The notes under the pieces were generated by a model. The model made no database searches. It was not told the DNA's origin and was given only the letters and a program-made list of their open reading frames with translations. A stretch of DNA of 63,388 nt, counting the filler, from Octopus bimaculoides (Eukaryota): NCBI RefSeq assembly GCF_001194135.2. It is 8 parts of 7 records of this genome, joined end to end, with 100 filler letters (N's around TTAATTAATTAA, not from the genome) between each part and the next. Parts side by side here need not be neighbours in the genome. Positions count along the whole stretch, not along the records: positions 50,231 to 56,579 come from NC_068999.1; positions 56,680 to 61,420 come from NC_068986.1; positions 61,521 to 63,388 come from NW_026312633.1; 5 more parts are not named here. The stretch is one strand, 5' to 3'. Position 1 is the first letter of the stretch. Each line of letters opens with the position of its first letter. A program made the translations under genes and the position numbers. Below are positions 50,865 to 63,388 of the stretch, in pieces.

Positions 50865-51470
50865 TGTGAGTGTGCGCGTGTGTGTGTGTGTGCGTGCGCG
50901 AGTATTTGTGTGCACGCGTGAGCATGTGTGTGCGCGTGCGTGTGTGCGTGCATGCATTGGTATGTACGCGTGCGAGCCCGTGATTGCGTCTGTGCCTATC
51001 TCCGCATATGCATGTATTTGCATGTCCCTGAGCATGTGTGTATGTGTGCGCGGGTGCATTTGCACGTGCATGTATGCGTGCGAGTGCTTGTGTGCATGTG
51101 TGTGTATGTATCTGCATGCGCGCGCGTATTTGTGCGCACGCGTACTTGCGTGTGTGCGGGTACATTTGCGCACGGGTGAGTCCCTGTGCGTGTGTGTGCG
51201 TGTGTGTGCGTGCGAGCGTCCGTGCGTGCGTGTGTGTGCGTGTGCGAGCGCGTTCGTGCGCATGTTTGCGCAATAGCATCTATGTGCACGTGTGCGTGCA
51301 TCTGTATGTGCATACATGTACAGATGTGTTTGTGCGAGGGGGGGGTGCATGTGTCTATCTGTCTATTTATGTGTGTATGTAAGTGCGCGCCCACGAAGTA
51401 TGTGTGTGTTCGCGTGTGAGCATTTCTGCGTATGGATACACACAAATGCACGCACATATAATGTGGACAT
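50865..51470. repeat. CpG-rich alternating purine-pyrimidine tract (GT/GC)
   Basis: Direct. Confidence 0.9.
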
Positions 51471-51949
51471 CAACGGAGGTGGATGTTTCCTAACAAAACT
51501 TATATATCCTAGAAAATATATATCAGCGACAAAGGCAGTATTAATACCGAGAAGTAATGTTTATCCTCACTAAAACCTGGATGTTCTTTAAGAACAGGGG
51601 TCGGCAAAACGGAGTAAATTACTCCAAATGAGGTAAAAATGAAATTCTTGAGAGCAATGAGGACTCATTGGACATTAGAGTAAAATTATATTAAAAAGGA
51701 AAAAAACGTGTTCCTGGCAACACTGCATCTGTCCAATGTAATGGACGTGTTTAGGAGACCTCTCACCATTTTGAACTAGAAACAATTTGGTTGCTAAGGC
51801 GTTGTCTAGTAACTAAACAGATATTATTTATCAGTTGTCTATTATCCGCCTTAACCTTATTTTTTGACACACGTTTTTCTTTTTGCTTTGTGTATGTAAA
51901 TTTAAGTAGTTATTCAATTCAACCCTTCGACAAAATTGATTGGGCCCCG

Positions 51950-52254
51950 AAGACATTATCCAAAATTGTTCTGGCATCAAGCCCTATCTGAATATCATTT
52001 ATTCTGCAGTCTTCAAAATCATTTGAACGGAAAAACTATGAATTCTGTAGGTGAGGTCAGAACAGCACTGGAAGAGTATTTTTCGTCGCAGAGAAGTGGA
52101 TTTTGGAAGAGGGGTCTTGTAGATAGATGGAAGAACATTGTAGAAAATGAAGGAGAGTATATTTTAGATTTCAAAAGAACTTAAGAACTTTATCTTAATT
52201 TTGAAAAATAAAAGAAGTATAAACAAACCGCATTATTCATGGAATGACCTGACA
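51950..52254 (+). mobile_element. Mariner transposase 3' fragment with right terminal region
   Basis: ALSEYHLFCSLQNHLNGKTMNSVGEVRTALEEYFSS...RWKNIVENEGEYILD matches the mariner APSDYHLF...GEY C-terminus; TIR-like CCGCATTATTCATGGAATGACCTGA follows. Confidence 0.85.
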
Positions 52255-52496
52255 GACAGATATAGACACACGCCAATGATTGGTTTTTAAATTAGCATGT
52301 CAAAGTTGCGTCCCTTGATTCTCAACTGTAACTGAATGATTTCACGCAGTTGCCAACTTAAAATCAGTATTTTAGGCTAAATTTCAGTAGAAAAAATACC
52401 AAAAAAATGCTAAATAAGAAAAAAAAATGCTAAAGACTAATTATATCAAAAAGCTTAATTTTTATTTACATTTTCATTTACTTTCTTTAATTATAT

Positions 52497-54391
52497 TCAG
52501 CATTGAGAAATAATTTCTTGAATTTCACTGATTTGATTACTTTCAGCTGCAGTGCCTTGGTCTTGACTTCTGTATACATTCACGGTCCCAATCTTGTTAA
52601 TTATGTGTTTTGGAATATTGAAGTCTTTGCAACATTTGTTATATCTTTTCAGGCCATATTTTATAGATAGTATTGATCTAAGCATAGGAAGACGCATTTT
52701 GTTTTTCAATTTTGATTTGATTACACCAATATTACTGAACAATCGTTCAACTTCTGCATTTGAGTTTGGCAATGTTAATAGATTAATGGCAAAATTTGCA
52801 ACATCTCTAAAAGGATTTCCTCCAATAGCATCTTTATATTCCAAGACTTCCAGCCAGAATGTTTCAGTATTAGATGTATTTGTCCATTTAATTAAATGAA
52901 TGTTATTAAATTGAATTTCAATTGAAGCAATTTTTTCTTCATTTAAATGCATTGCTTCTAAGACAGGTAAAATTGGCTCTTTGAAATGCTGCAAAATATT
53001 CTCTACTGATAAACATTTGATATTCCTCAGTATATTAATATTTTCTGGCAAACGGTGTTTGAGCTCTTTATAAAGGCAGAGTAAAAATTGTTGTGCTCTT
53101 TTGTAAATATTATTTTCTTCAGTAGCTGTTACAATCTTCTTCATAACCATTTCTGCTATCTTTCTCTCGAACCTGTAGCCTAAATTTAGTTTAGGATCCA
53201 AAACTTTTTCAATAGAAGAATCAGGATCAAGAGGATCAATTCTACATGTTGGCAACACTATCATATTGGCAACAGATTTGATCAAATTTGAAAGATCTTC
53301 AAGTAATTTTGTTTTGTCGACAGTGTTTGATTCAAAGTTTATTCACTTCCTGAACATGTTTTAAAATTGGATGCAAAAATAAAGGTAAAGTTCATTCCTA
53401 GAATCACAAATGTAACGTTTGTGCTGTAAAGCACTTTTCATTTGTAGTAGTAGTTTGGAAGTGAGTTTGCATTTCAAACCATTGGCTTAAAATTCTATTA
53501 ACAGCTGGTTCTGTTGACAGCCACCTAGTTGTACAAGAATTCACAATCTTCAAAGGCTCTTTATCATTGATAGCAAGGTACAGTTGTTTGTAGGCACTTT
53601 GTCTTGTTGAAGAATGGGAGAACCATTGATAGGTTTCAGATACAAAAAAATTCTAAATTTATGGGCAGGCATTCAGCACAAGTGTGGGATACTGCCAACT
53701 GTAAAGAATGACATACACATCTAAATAAAATTAATGATGGAACTTCTTTTAATTTCTGGAAAACACCATTGTTGACTCCTGTCATTACTCAAGCATTGTC
53801 AGTTCCTATACCCAATAATTTTTTTATATCTAATTTCTTTTTCGCTAATTCAGTTTTTAAGGCATCTACAATGCCATCTGCATCACATGTTGAGATATGT
53901 ATGTACCACTTTTTTGTAAGTATCACTGTAATATAAAATCACAATTCCTAAAAACTTGTTCATCAATATATCATTGGATTCATCTAATAACAGGCTAAAT
54001 TTTCTATCTCCTATATCAGAAATCAAATCACCATCAAAATATGGAGCTACAACATTTCTCACAATATTTGCACATTTTGTACGATGCAACTTCACTTTGG
54101 ACATAATATCATTATCAGACATATAATTCTTACATAACTCTATTAAGTGATCACAGTTATTAAATGATGAGTGGCAACAAATAAACATTGCTAAATTTGC
54201 TTCAAGCATTGATGTCTTATTATTTTTTGGTTTTAATAAAATTGGTAAGAGGGATCATTTGCTGTGGAGTTGATGCCTTGTTTCTTTGCTTCACAATAGC
54301 TTACTAAAAGGGAATATTTTGCCAACATATTACATCTAAAATATCTGCAATGTGCTTTAAATTGATCACTAGGTACTTCACACAACCACTT
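52497..54391 (-). mobile_element. hAT-superfamily DNA transposase, disrupted but nearly complete
   Basis: N-terminal zinc-finger-like KWLCEVPSDQFKAHCRY; catalytic motifs LLLDES, GIGTDNA*, CVCHSLQL, TRWLS; C-terminal dimerisation domain FWLEV...LLTLPNSNAEVERLFS. Several stops and frameshifts; 5' end runs into an N gap. Confidence 0.92.
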
Positions 54392-56254
54392 ANNNNNNNN
54401 NNNNNNNNNNNNNNNNNNNNNNNNNNNNNNNNNNNNNNNNNNNNNNNNNNNNNNNNNNNNNNNNNNNNNNNNNNNNNNNNNNNNNNNNNNNNNNNNNNNN
54501 NNNNNNNNNNNNNNNNNNNNNNNNNNNNNNNNNNNNNNNNNNNNNNNNNNNNNNNNNNNNNNNNNNNNNNNNNNNNNNNNNNNNNNNNNNNNNNTTTGCT
54601 CATTATAATGTAGTGGGAAGCAAGAAATAAATTGAATGATTAATAAAAATATAAAATTGAAAATACAACTTATCAGTTTGCAGCTAACAATTTTTTCATT
54701 TACCATTAACAATTCTAATGTTAGCATCAAAAAACACAGGCATGAAAAAACACAGGCCTGTTTTAAAACAGTCAAACTGAAAGTAAATCAGTTAACTTGT
54801 AATGATAAAAACTCATCACTACAGAATAAAGCATCGTTAGGACGAATTTCCATGCTATCATTCTTTGCAACATATTTACTTTATTGTGGAGTGAGTTCAG
54901 GTGCTGACATGAATTATCCCCCCCCCCAGCACCACTCTGTATCCAAGTGGGGGAAGGGGGTCTGGAAAAGTTCATAACTTGGTAAATTTCCTTTGGATAA
55001 ACTTTCATTTGAAGTTTCATGAAAGTGAAAGAAAAATTCAACAATAGCTAATAGGACTAAAATTTGGCTGTAAGAAACTTGAACGAAAGTAGAAAAGGAG
55101 GAAAAAGAAGAAAAAGAGGTAACTATGGTGGAAATGTGATGATCAGAGAAAAATGCCGGCAGGTTTCGATGCAGAAGATTATTTTCTGCAGAGTTATTTC
55201 TGCAGAATAAGTACTGACTAAAATTTTTTAATTTATAAATAACTACTGGGTATGATTGTTCAACTTAAACCTTTCAACACAGTGCTCCAGTATGGCCACA
55301 GTCCAATGACTGAAACAAGTAAAGAATAAGAAACATTTTCTTAAGATATTGCAGTAAAGAATGCCAGATCTTCTAATTTATCACTCTTTACAGTTCTCAT
55401 CTTTTAAATTTATTGTACAAAACTGTTCAGCTAATTTGTAAGTTTGTCTAATTAGTCACTTTTTTCTGTATTTAAGGTAGTAAATTAGCCAAATTCTACT
55501 TAAATAAGTATAGTGTTATTTGTAAACTACAATAAAATAAGTTTTAATATTCAAATTTTAATTTTAGCTGCAGTATTTTAAGTAAAAAGTTTCTTATTCT
55601 TTACTTCACTAGAAGTAATAGCTTGTCCTGTACTTTTCCAGGTGTAATAACTTGTCCTGTACTTTTCTAGGTTTATAATCTTAAGAATATTACTTTTCAT
55701 GCTCGCATTTTTCTATGTAATCCATGATTTTTCCAGGCATTGCTGTTATAAGATAATTAATAATATGTCAATTAATAATTTAAGATTTTACTTTATAAAA
55801 TACTGAAAGATAATATTTCAATTTTTCCATATAAGTGATGCTTATATTTCAATTTTTTTTGTGTTTAATTTAAATATATGTTATGATTGAATTATTTGAT
55901 ATTACCCATCCACACAAATTAATGGCAGGGATTTTTACCATGTTGTTGGTTGCACCATGGCTCACCAAAAATTACAAACAACAAGATCTCAAAATCATCA
56001 GTTACCAGGCTCACCTTAAGTAACCTAATTTTGCAATATTAGGAGGTTACAGGAATTCATTCAACAAAAAAATTTTCCAGTATTCTGGGATGGTGAGGAG
56101 ACCCCCACCTCATTTTCTCCAAACCAAAATAAGGGATTTACAGCATATTAGGAGGTCAGGGTACATGATACCACGCAAAAAATAAAATTTTGGTTTTTTT
56201 TTTCCTTAGTGAAAATCGTGTGGGTGTTAATATTGAAATTTACCATAATGTAAT

Positions 56255-56430
56255 TGTTATTTAGCCTCAAATCAACCCTGATACTGCAAACCTCATCATC
56301 AAAGACATTCAAGCCTTCAGCAAACCGTCATTTTAGGGATAATCTAGGACATTAGGACATTACATACAATGGGCATGTGATTTAGGTAGGGGGATACTTT
56401 GGTTGCTATTTTTAGCATGTCGAGCGACCA
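56255..56430 (-). mobile_element. SINE-like family F (other pieces ~3300-3380, ~9300-9350, ~19215-19330, ~23735-23910, ~50231-50260, ~50425-50530)
   Basis: Shared block CATGCTA.AAATAGCA.CCAAA.. and 3' CTAAA.AACAA across several scaffolds. Confidence 0.55.
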
Positions 56431-56535
56431 GGATGTTCTCTTAACGTTCCACTGGCACAACTTATACATCTGTTTGTTGTCTACACCACCGGTCTTCGTC
56501 TTTTGTTTTTTTGTGAATTCTCCCCCTATATATAC

Positions 56536-56579
<44 letters not shown>

Positions 56580-56679
56580 NNNNNNNNNNNNNNNNNNNNN
56601 NNNNNNNNNNNNNNNNNNNNNNNTTAATTAATTAANNNNNNNNNNNNNNNNNNNNNNNNNNNNNNNNNNNNNNNNNNNN
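56580..56679. other. Artificial scaffold-joining spacer
   Basis: 44N-TTAATTAATTAA-44N. Confidence 0.97.
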
Positions 56680-56990
56680 ACCCCTGCCACCTTCTGTGCG
56701 TTGTATATATAGCCTTTCTATGTCAGTTTTTGGGTGGTGTATCCTATATCCTGTCATTATTTTTCTTGTTTTCCTGTCTATTTTACATAGTTCGTTTAGT
56801 GTCCAGTTAAGGATGTTGTAGCTGTAGCTTATAACTGGGACAGCTAAAGTGTTGATACCCATTATCTTGTTTTTAGCATTGAGCTCTGTTTTTAGTATTG
56901 ATCTAACTCGTCTATAGTACTCTTTCTTTATTTTTTCTTTCATTTGTGTATGTTGTATCCTATCTAGTTCATTGACTCCTAAATACTTAT
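56680..56990 (-). mobile_element. R4/Dong-like (RLE-clade) LINE RT fragment
   Basis: KYLGV..MKEKIKKEYYRRVRSILKTELNAKNKIMGINTLAVPVISYS..WTLNELCKIDRKTRKIM..HHPKTDIERLYIQRTEGGRG. Confidence 0.85.
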
Positions 56991-57629
56991 ATGGTTGGCT
57001 TTCGTCTAGTTCTCTTGTTTCATTGGCTTTATCTAGTGTTATATTGCTACTTTTATATTATTATTATTATTATTGTTGTTGTTGCGGTATGTGATTATAT
57101 GTTATTATCCTCAGATATACTTGTATATTCTCATCTTTCCCTTGTTATGGGGAGGCAGCTGATATCAACTGTATTCGAGATAGGATAATGCAATGATAAA
57201 TAAAATCAAAAATTGAAGTTTATCAGCGTTCAGATCTATAGACAAAGAGATAAGAGTATCTCAATCTCAACTGTTGGGAGTCATATTGACGTCATTGTTG
57301 AACATGCTGCTGAGGTTATTCACCTTAATCACTGAGCAATATCTGATATCGTTTTGATATCATATTGTGCTATGCAGCAGCAACAAAAGAAATTATGTAG
57401 TTTAGTAGCATATTGTTTTGTTTCAACGTCCAAATTTTATTTTAATTTGATTTGATACATATTCGGTCATATTCTCTCTTCATAACGTTGTCTAGCTAAA
57501 TGCAGTCTGAGAAAATATTTACCTTTCTGAAATTAATGGCGTTAGTTTTGTCATTTATGTAAATTGTGAAGAACTTTTCCCAATACAGTCAATCCAGTGA
57601 TACTAATAATGACTTTTGTCGTGTATGAC

Positions 57630-57770
57630 TTTCAGGATGTTAGTTATTCATGATTTCATCACCCTCAAATATTTCAGTGGTATGTAAGGTAAAAGATATC
57701 GGTCGGTAGTTTACTGGAAGTAGCTTATTTCTCACTTTGATGAATTGAGTAACAGATTGGGATATACGAT
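57630..57770 (-). mobile_element. CR1/L2-type RT remnant
   Basis: VTQFIKVRNKLLPVNYRPISFTLHTTEIFE (NYRPISL motif). Confidence 0.6.
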
Positions 57771-57972
57771 ATTCATATATATAGCCTGCGACTAGTGAAT
57801 TTTCCTAGAGAATACCTAAAGGTATTCTACAAGCATGAAATTTATCAAACCTGCAACAGGTTAATATCTATGTTTATTTATTGATGCAAATATATCAATG
57901 TATCTCAAAAATGTGTAGGGGTTCATTTGATGCTAAGTCAAATTATGTGGAATTACGGAAGAACGAATGTAT

Positions 57973-58072
57973 TGTAATGAAAGTTGTACTCCTCTTCCTA
58001 CGTGACAAAGTTGTATGACAGGGCACCTATAAAGCCCGACAGTCAGTCGTTGTAGTAGAGTCAGTACTAGTA

Positions 58073-58106
<34 letters not shown>

Positions 58107-58289
58107 AGTCATTGTACGAATTCTCAGTTGGAGTTAGTGTCAGTTACGTGATATACACGAGTTCGAGTTACCGTCAAGGCAGACGTGTCGAATTCGAAGT
58201 TTTGCGGAGCTATCAGCCATAACTCGATAAATGAGTCAAAGATAATAAGACACAGAATACAGCCACAGCATCATAGTGGCGACAAGAAT
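57973..58289 (+). mobile_element. Possible LTR followed by a tRNA-Ser-type primer-binding site
   Basis: TGTAATG start, TATAAA at 58028, TCAGTC downstream, ends CATCA; then TGGCGACAAGAAT (cf. PBS TGGCGACGAGGAT); no gag seen. Confidence 0.35.
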
Positions 58290-60643
58290 ATTACAGTGCC
58301 GAGAAAAACATACAATTGGACGAGGATCCACATTATAACAGAATTATTTGTTTCTTCACAACTTAGCTCATCTTTTTTTTATTTGACATTGAACCCTGTG
58401 GGCAAATGAGGAAATCGTTATGTTTTAAATTTTCTGAATGGGCCTGCCTTTCGACGATTCGTTGATTGGTAAGGATACACTTTATGCTAGTCAGATATTT
58501 TTTCTCCCGATTTGAGCATTGATATTGTTGTTGGTCGAAATTCACATCCCCGATGGCTGCTGCCACTATCATATGTTCCATCTAGTAATATAAAGTTTAA
58601 TGATTATACATCTCGGACAATTTCGTAGGAAGTGTGGAATACGCAATTCTTAATATTCACAAAATATTGTAGTTTTGTTCTTGGCCAGCAAATTTTTAAC
58701 TTGGTTTGGTTTGGTTGTTCTTGGTTTTATTTAGATATTAGGGAGATATTTATCTTTTGAGAATGTGAAGGTCAAATCTTAGACTTCGGTCCAGTGTTTT
58801 CAACTGTGTATTTAGGTATGTTTCTTGATATATCGGCTTTTACGGTATTATTATTTAAATGAATATAAATATGGCTTATGTCATAAAACATCATCCCATC
58901 TGGCCACGATAACATTACATACACCATAATTACCATTCAACAGAATTTAGATTAACCTAGAAAACCTTTATCTTAATAGAGGCTCTATAAAGCTAAGATG
59001 AACTAAAGTGAATTACCACCCGATGTTGCCTTCACTGGTTGAAACTACGAAGTCTGTCAATACTATTTATATCAAAGAATAACACACTTTTATTCTAACA
59101 AATGCATTAAGTAATCCTTCAGTTTCATATAAAACTGTTTTATTATAAGATAGAATAAATATTCATATATATGTATATTTAAAACATATATGTTTTTGAT
59201 ACGCGGGGTTCCGTGAGTCATTAGATTGTCTATCACAAGTGATAAATAAGTCGATGCATGAATCACGGTAAAATATTATGCTTTCGGAGTTTCATCAAAA
59301 CTGGTTCTCAAACCGTATAATTACAAGTTTCAAGTTTTAGCGAATGGATCGAATCAGTTGTATGACCAATGTATTTAGCAGTGATATGTATTTAGTATAT
59401 ATTTGATTCTATGGATGTTTGTAACGCTTGAACAACGTAATAACATTTGAAAATAAAGTCACTAGGAACGACATGGGACTAAACGACAACGCCATCAAAA
59501 GCCACAATGATATGAATTAACAGCTTTAATCAAACACAAAATAACTGGATTGTCATGCCATATGAAGCAACAATATTTAGCTGCTACACTTACAGCTTAT
59601 AGATAACGCTAGCTTCTGATCTTTTGTCGTGTCATTGAATACTGTAGACCTCTCCAATGCATTAGGCTACGATTCCCAATTTCAACGATAATGTAGAAAT
59701 AACAAACGGATATCGACCTTCATAGTGTACAAGACCTAATATTACTTACGTTTCTTGGTGGAATTCAGTTTAGCCTCATAAAAATTCGTAGCACACATTT
59801 ATAGACCTGTTGAGGCGAAAAGCAGTGAAACTGCCCAACTTATCCCAAATATTTGGAGTCAATGTATAATGTAATAAACTGCCCAGATTGACTGAATGGT
59901 TTGTTTTGTTATATCACACATTAGTGAACAATGGTTTGGATGAGAAACGTTTCCTGCAAGCCAAACATTTGTTCTTTTTTTATTCGATGGTGACTACAAT
60001 AAGGACGTATTTCCCAATTCAAGATGAGAAAAAGTAATACGCAAGGTTTTTCCCTTTCCTTTAATTTTACTTTATTTTCATTTTGTTTCTGGCGTGTTGA
60101 TTTATTGGCAATTTCTCACCAATGGATACAGCTTGCATAGTTGCACTTATGCACATGTGCATGTATGTATACGTGCACACAGAAACACATTTATACATGC
60201 CCCCAAACCACATACACATACACATAAACACACAAAAAGGTACACATATACATATACTTCTTTGCTTGCCTGCATTGGTATGTTTACACCCCTATACCTT
60301 AGTTTTGGTAAAACGTGCTGGAAAAATTATAAAAACCCATTTATAGTAGATACTGATATTGGTATCGATTTGATCCACCGCAATATTCAATATTCGGCCC
60401 CAAGAAGACCGCAGGCTGATGACTGGATATATAATGTGTATATCTTTTTTATCTTTTATTTGTTTCAGCCATTACATAACTGCAATACTAGAACACCGAA
60501 CTGAACATTTTTACTGGAATGAATCGACCCCATTGCTTATATTACTTAAGTCCAGGTGACGTAAACACCCCAACATGGGCTGTCAAACAATTGGGTCGGG
60601 GAGCACTGACACAAGCACGTACGTACCCACTGGGCGCGTATAA

Positions 60644-60787
<144 letters not shown>

Positions 60788-61099
60788 ATATAAGCTGAAG
60801 TGAAGGTAGCATGTTCTTTGTCTATCTTCTTAAATTCTTGGAGATATTAAGTAAAATTATATTAATGTGTCCATCTGTTTTCATTTAATTAAATCCTATG
60901 CCGTTGTGCAGCTGAGGATTGCTCTGCATTTAAATTTATGTAATGGTTGATATGTTCAATTAAACTAAGTTGCGTAGAACGATCGTACTGCATTACCTCT
61001 GGATATCCTTGGTGCTTATTTTAATTTTAATCAACTTATTTTGAAATTGTATGGATAATAACCGTACTAAATTCTGATGCCTCAACTTAAGTACCATAT

Positions 61100-61138
<39 letters not shown>

Positions 61139-61161
61139 GAATCTATCTATCTATCTATCTG

Positions 61162-61192
<31 letters not shown>
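61100..61192. repeat. (TCTA)n microsatellite
   Basis: Direct. Confidence 0.96.
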
Positions 61193-61418
61193 CCATGATC
61201 CGCGGGCCCTATCGTCCATGTTTGGCAGACAGTTTAACATTTATTTTTCTCCCTGTCTGCCGAGAATGGGCGGTAGTGGCACGGCGGTACTCTTTCGCAA
61301 GAGTCTGGATCTCGAAGTAAAGACAGTATTCATAGACCCGGAGGGTAGATTGGTTGTTCTGGATGTCGATGGCAGCGATGGGTGTGCTTTTCGACTCATA
61401 TCAGTATACGCACCACCT
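61191..61418 (+). mobile_element. L1/Tx1-like LINE ORF2 APE-endonuclease fragment, cut by scaffold end
   Basis: Open frame ..IYFSPCLPRMGGSGTAVLFRKSLDLEVKTVFIDPEGRLVVLDVDGSDGCAFRLISVYAP (GVAILF / GRxxxL / RLIxVYAP motifs). Confidence 0.85.
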
Positions 61419-61420
61419 TT

Positions 61421-61520
61421 NNNNNNNNNNNNNNNNNNNNNNNNNNNNNNNNNNNNNNNNNNNNTTAATTAATTAANNNNNNNNNNNNNNNNNNNNNNNN
61501 NNNNNNNNNNNNNNNNNNNN
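61421..61520. other. Artificial scaffold-joining spacer
   Basis: 44N-TTAATTAATTAA-44N. Confidence 0.97.
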
Positions 61521-61645
61521 CAGCCATAGAAACCAAGCCAAATCAGACTGGAACCTGGTGCAGCTCTCCAACTTCAGTCAACCAATCCGACCCATGCCAG
61601 CATGGAAAAAGAGATGTTAAAGGACGATGATGAAGATGATGATGT
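61521..61645 (+). mobile_element. Family D 3' fragment
   Basis: CCAGCATGGAAAAAGAGATGTTAAAGGACGATGATG. Confidence 0.65.
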
Positions 61646-63074
61646 ATAAAGAAGAATACTGAATCCATTGCAATTTTTGATAGACAAAATTTTATTCTTT
61701 TCATACACAAAAATATGAGCAATGTTGGTGCTATGAATGACAAAATGCCAAGAGAGTTTAAATGTTATTGTTATAACAGTGAGTAAGTTAAATGATTGTC
61801 GTTGTGTTGCTGTTGTTGATCGTTCATTGTGGTTGTTGTCAGCAGGTGTCTGTATCCAGCCATAGAAACCATCTCTGCTGTCTTTCACTGTTCTCTCTGC
61901 TCTAACCCAATGCTCTCTGTCAAGTGGTCAAAGTGTGCTGAATTTATATTGATCGTTAGGCTCAGAAACAAGCCAAAAGATGAAATTATTCCTGGAGCCT
62001 ATTTCACACAAAGTCGTGATTAGTTTAGTTTTTTTATCATGTAAATAATATTCTNNNNNNNNNNNNNNNNNNNNNNNNNNNNNNNNNNNNNNNNNNNNNN
62101 NNNNNNNNNNNNNNNNNNNNNNNNNNNNNNNNNNNNNNNNNNNNNNNNNNNNNNNNNNNNNNNNNNNNNNNNNNNNNNNNNNNNNNNNNNNNNNNNNNNN
62201 NNNNNNNNNNNNNNNNNNNNNNNNNNNNNNNNNNNNNNNNNNNNNNNNNNNNNNNNNNNNNNNNNNNNNNNNNNNNNNNNNNNNNNNNNNNNNNNNNNNN
62301 NNNNNNNNNNNNNNNNNNNNNNNNNNNNNNNNNNNNNNNNNNNNNNNNNNNNNNNNNNNNNNNNNNNNNNNNNNNNNNNNNNNNNNNNNNNNNNNNNNNN
62401 NNNNNNNNNNNNNNNNNNNNNNNNNNNNNNNNNNNNNNNNNNNNNNNNNNNNNNNNNNNNNNNNNNNNNNNNNNNNNNNNNNNNNNNNNNNNNNNNNNNN
62501 NNNNNNNNNNNNNNNNNNNNNNNNNNNNNNNNNNNNNNNNNNNNNNNNNNNNNNNNNNNNNNNNNNNNNNNNNNNNNNNNNNNNNNNNNNNNNNNNNNNN
62601 NNNNNNNNNNNNNNNNNNNNNNNNNNNNNNNNNNNNNNNNNNNNNNNNNNNNNNNNNNNNNNGGTGGATGCAAGATTAAAAATGTTGGTTAAATGTTAGG
62701 CCAGAGTATAATTGTAAAAATATTATGAAAGAATAACTGAAGAAGATACATGTAAGTACAAGAGCCAAGTGAGTGCGGCTAAGAGTGTGAGTGAGTGAAG
62801 TTGTACATATTCAAGTGCAAGGACACCAATGAGTTGATAGTTGCATATTGATATGCATTTATATTGAAGACCAGTGGATCAGAATCATAGACGTAGGAGC
62901 ATAAGCAGCAGAAATAGGGTTGCATCTTCTATCGACAGTAATTTTATGTATATTGCTGGTGTCACATAAGAAAAAGCACCCATGCCAGTGCTACATAACA
63001 CCCTGGTGCTGTGTAAAATATCCAGTGCCCTCTGTAAAGTGGTTTCCATCATGTGATTGTGTACATGAACTCTA

Positions 63075-63163
63075 ACACTAGAAAGGTTTTGCTCCAGTGT
63101 GGATTAAGTGCTTTTTTTTTCAAATCATTGTTTGATCAAAAATATTTTCCACAGATTTCAGTT
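63075..63163 (-). pseudogene. Decayed extra C2H2 finger downstream of the stop codon
   Basis: After frameshifts and stops it reads EICGKYF*...IHTGAKPF*C. Confidence 0.7.
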
Positions 63164-63388
63164 TCATGGTTTTATTGCACTGTGTATTCTTTGGTGAACA
63201 ACAAGACTTGATTTCCCATAAAACGATTTCCCACATGTTTGACAGATGAAGTGTTTATCCCTGGTATGTATCCTTTTGTGAACTATAAAACCAGAACTAT
63301 CAGAGAACGATTTCCCGCATACTTCACAATGGAAGGGTTTCTCTCCACTATGTATTCGTTTGTGTGTCTGTAAATGAGAATTATTTTT
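63164..63388 (-). CDS. C2H2 (Kruppel-type) zinc-finger array, 3' end; 5' part lies beyond the window edge (not in ORF track, no ATG)
   Basis: Manual translation: [74 protein letters not shown]. One partial and two complete C-x2-C-x12-H-x3-H fingers with an SGEKPF linker; TGA at 63164-63166. Confidence 0.9.
   Translation of the reverse strand, partial: KNNSHLQTHKRIHSGEKPFHCEVCGKSFSDSSGFIVHKRIHTRDKHFICQTCGKSFYGKSSLVVHQRIHSAIKP

Noticed and set aside
62800-62945. ISAAYAPT motif as an RTE endonuclease remnant
   Set aside because: Single short motif surrounded by stops

Overview
AT-rich, microsatellite-saturated animal genomic DNA. The repeat landscape and C2H2 array suggest an octopod cephalopod such as Octopus (inference; no database search was possible). 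The window is not one locus. Seven identical 100-bp spacers (44 N + TTAATTAATTAA + 44 N) join eight short scaffolds: 1-9632, 9733-14139, 14240-25855, 25956-34209, 34310-50130, 50231-56579, 56680-61420 and 61521-63388. Context across the spacers is therefore meaningless. Nearly all listed ORFs are microsatellite or N-gap artefacts. Recognisable coding-derived sequence is mostly decayed transposons: hAT, Tc1, mariner, a Helitron fragment, RTE, CRE, R4/Dong, L1/Tx1, CR1/L2-like and Penelope GIY-YIG. The one cellular-type gene fragment is the 3' end of a C2H2 zinc-finger array at the right edge. At least five high-copy SINE-like families and three MITEs are present. The most interesting unexplained signals are (1) a dispersed repeat carrying a minimal type-I hammerhead-ribozyme-like fold with a variant core, and (2) a 147-nt hairpin with strongly strand-biased G-U pairing. 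No CRISPR, rRNA or bona fide tRNA gene was seen. Most repeat boundaries are approximate (read by eye).
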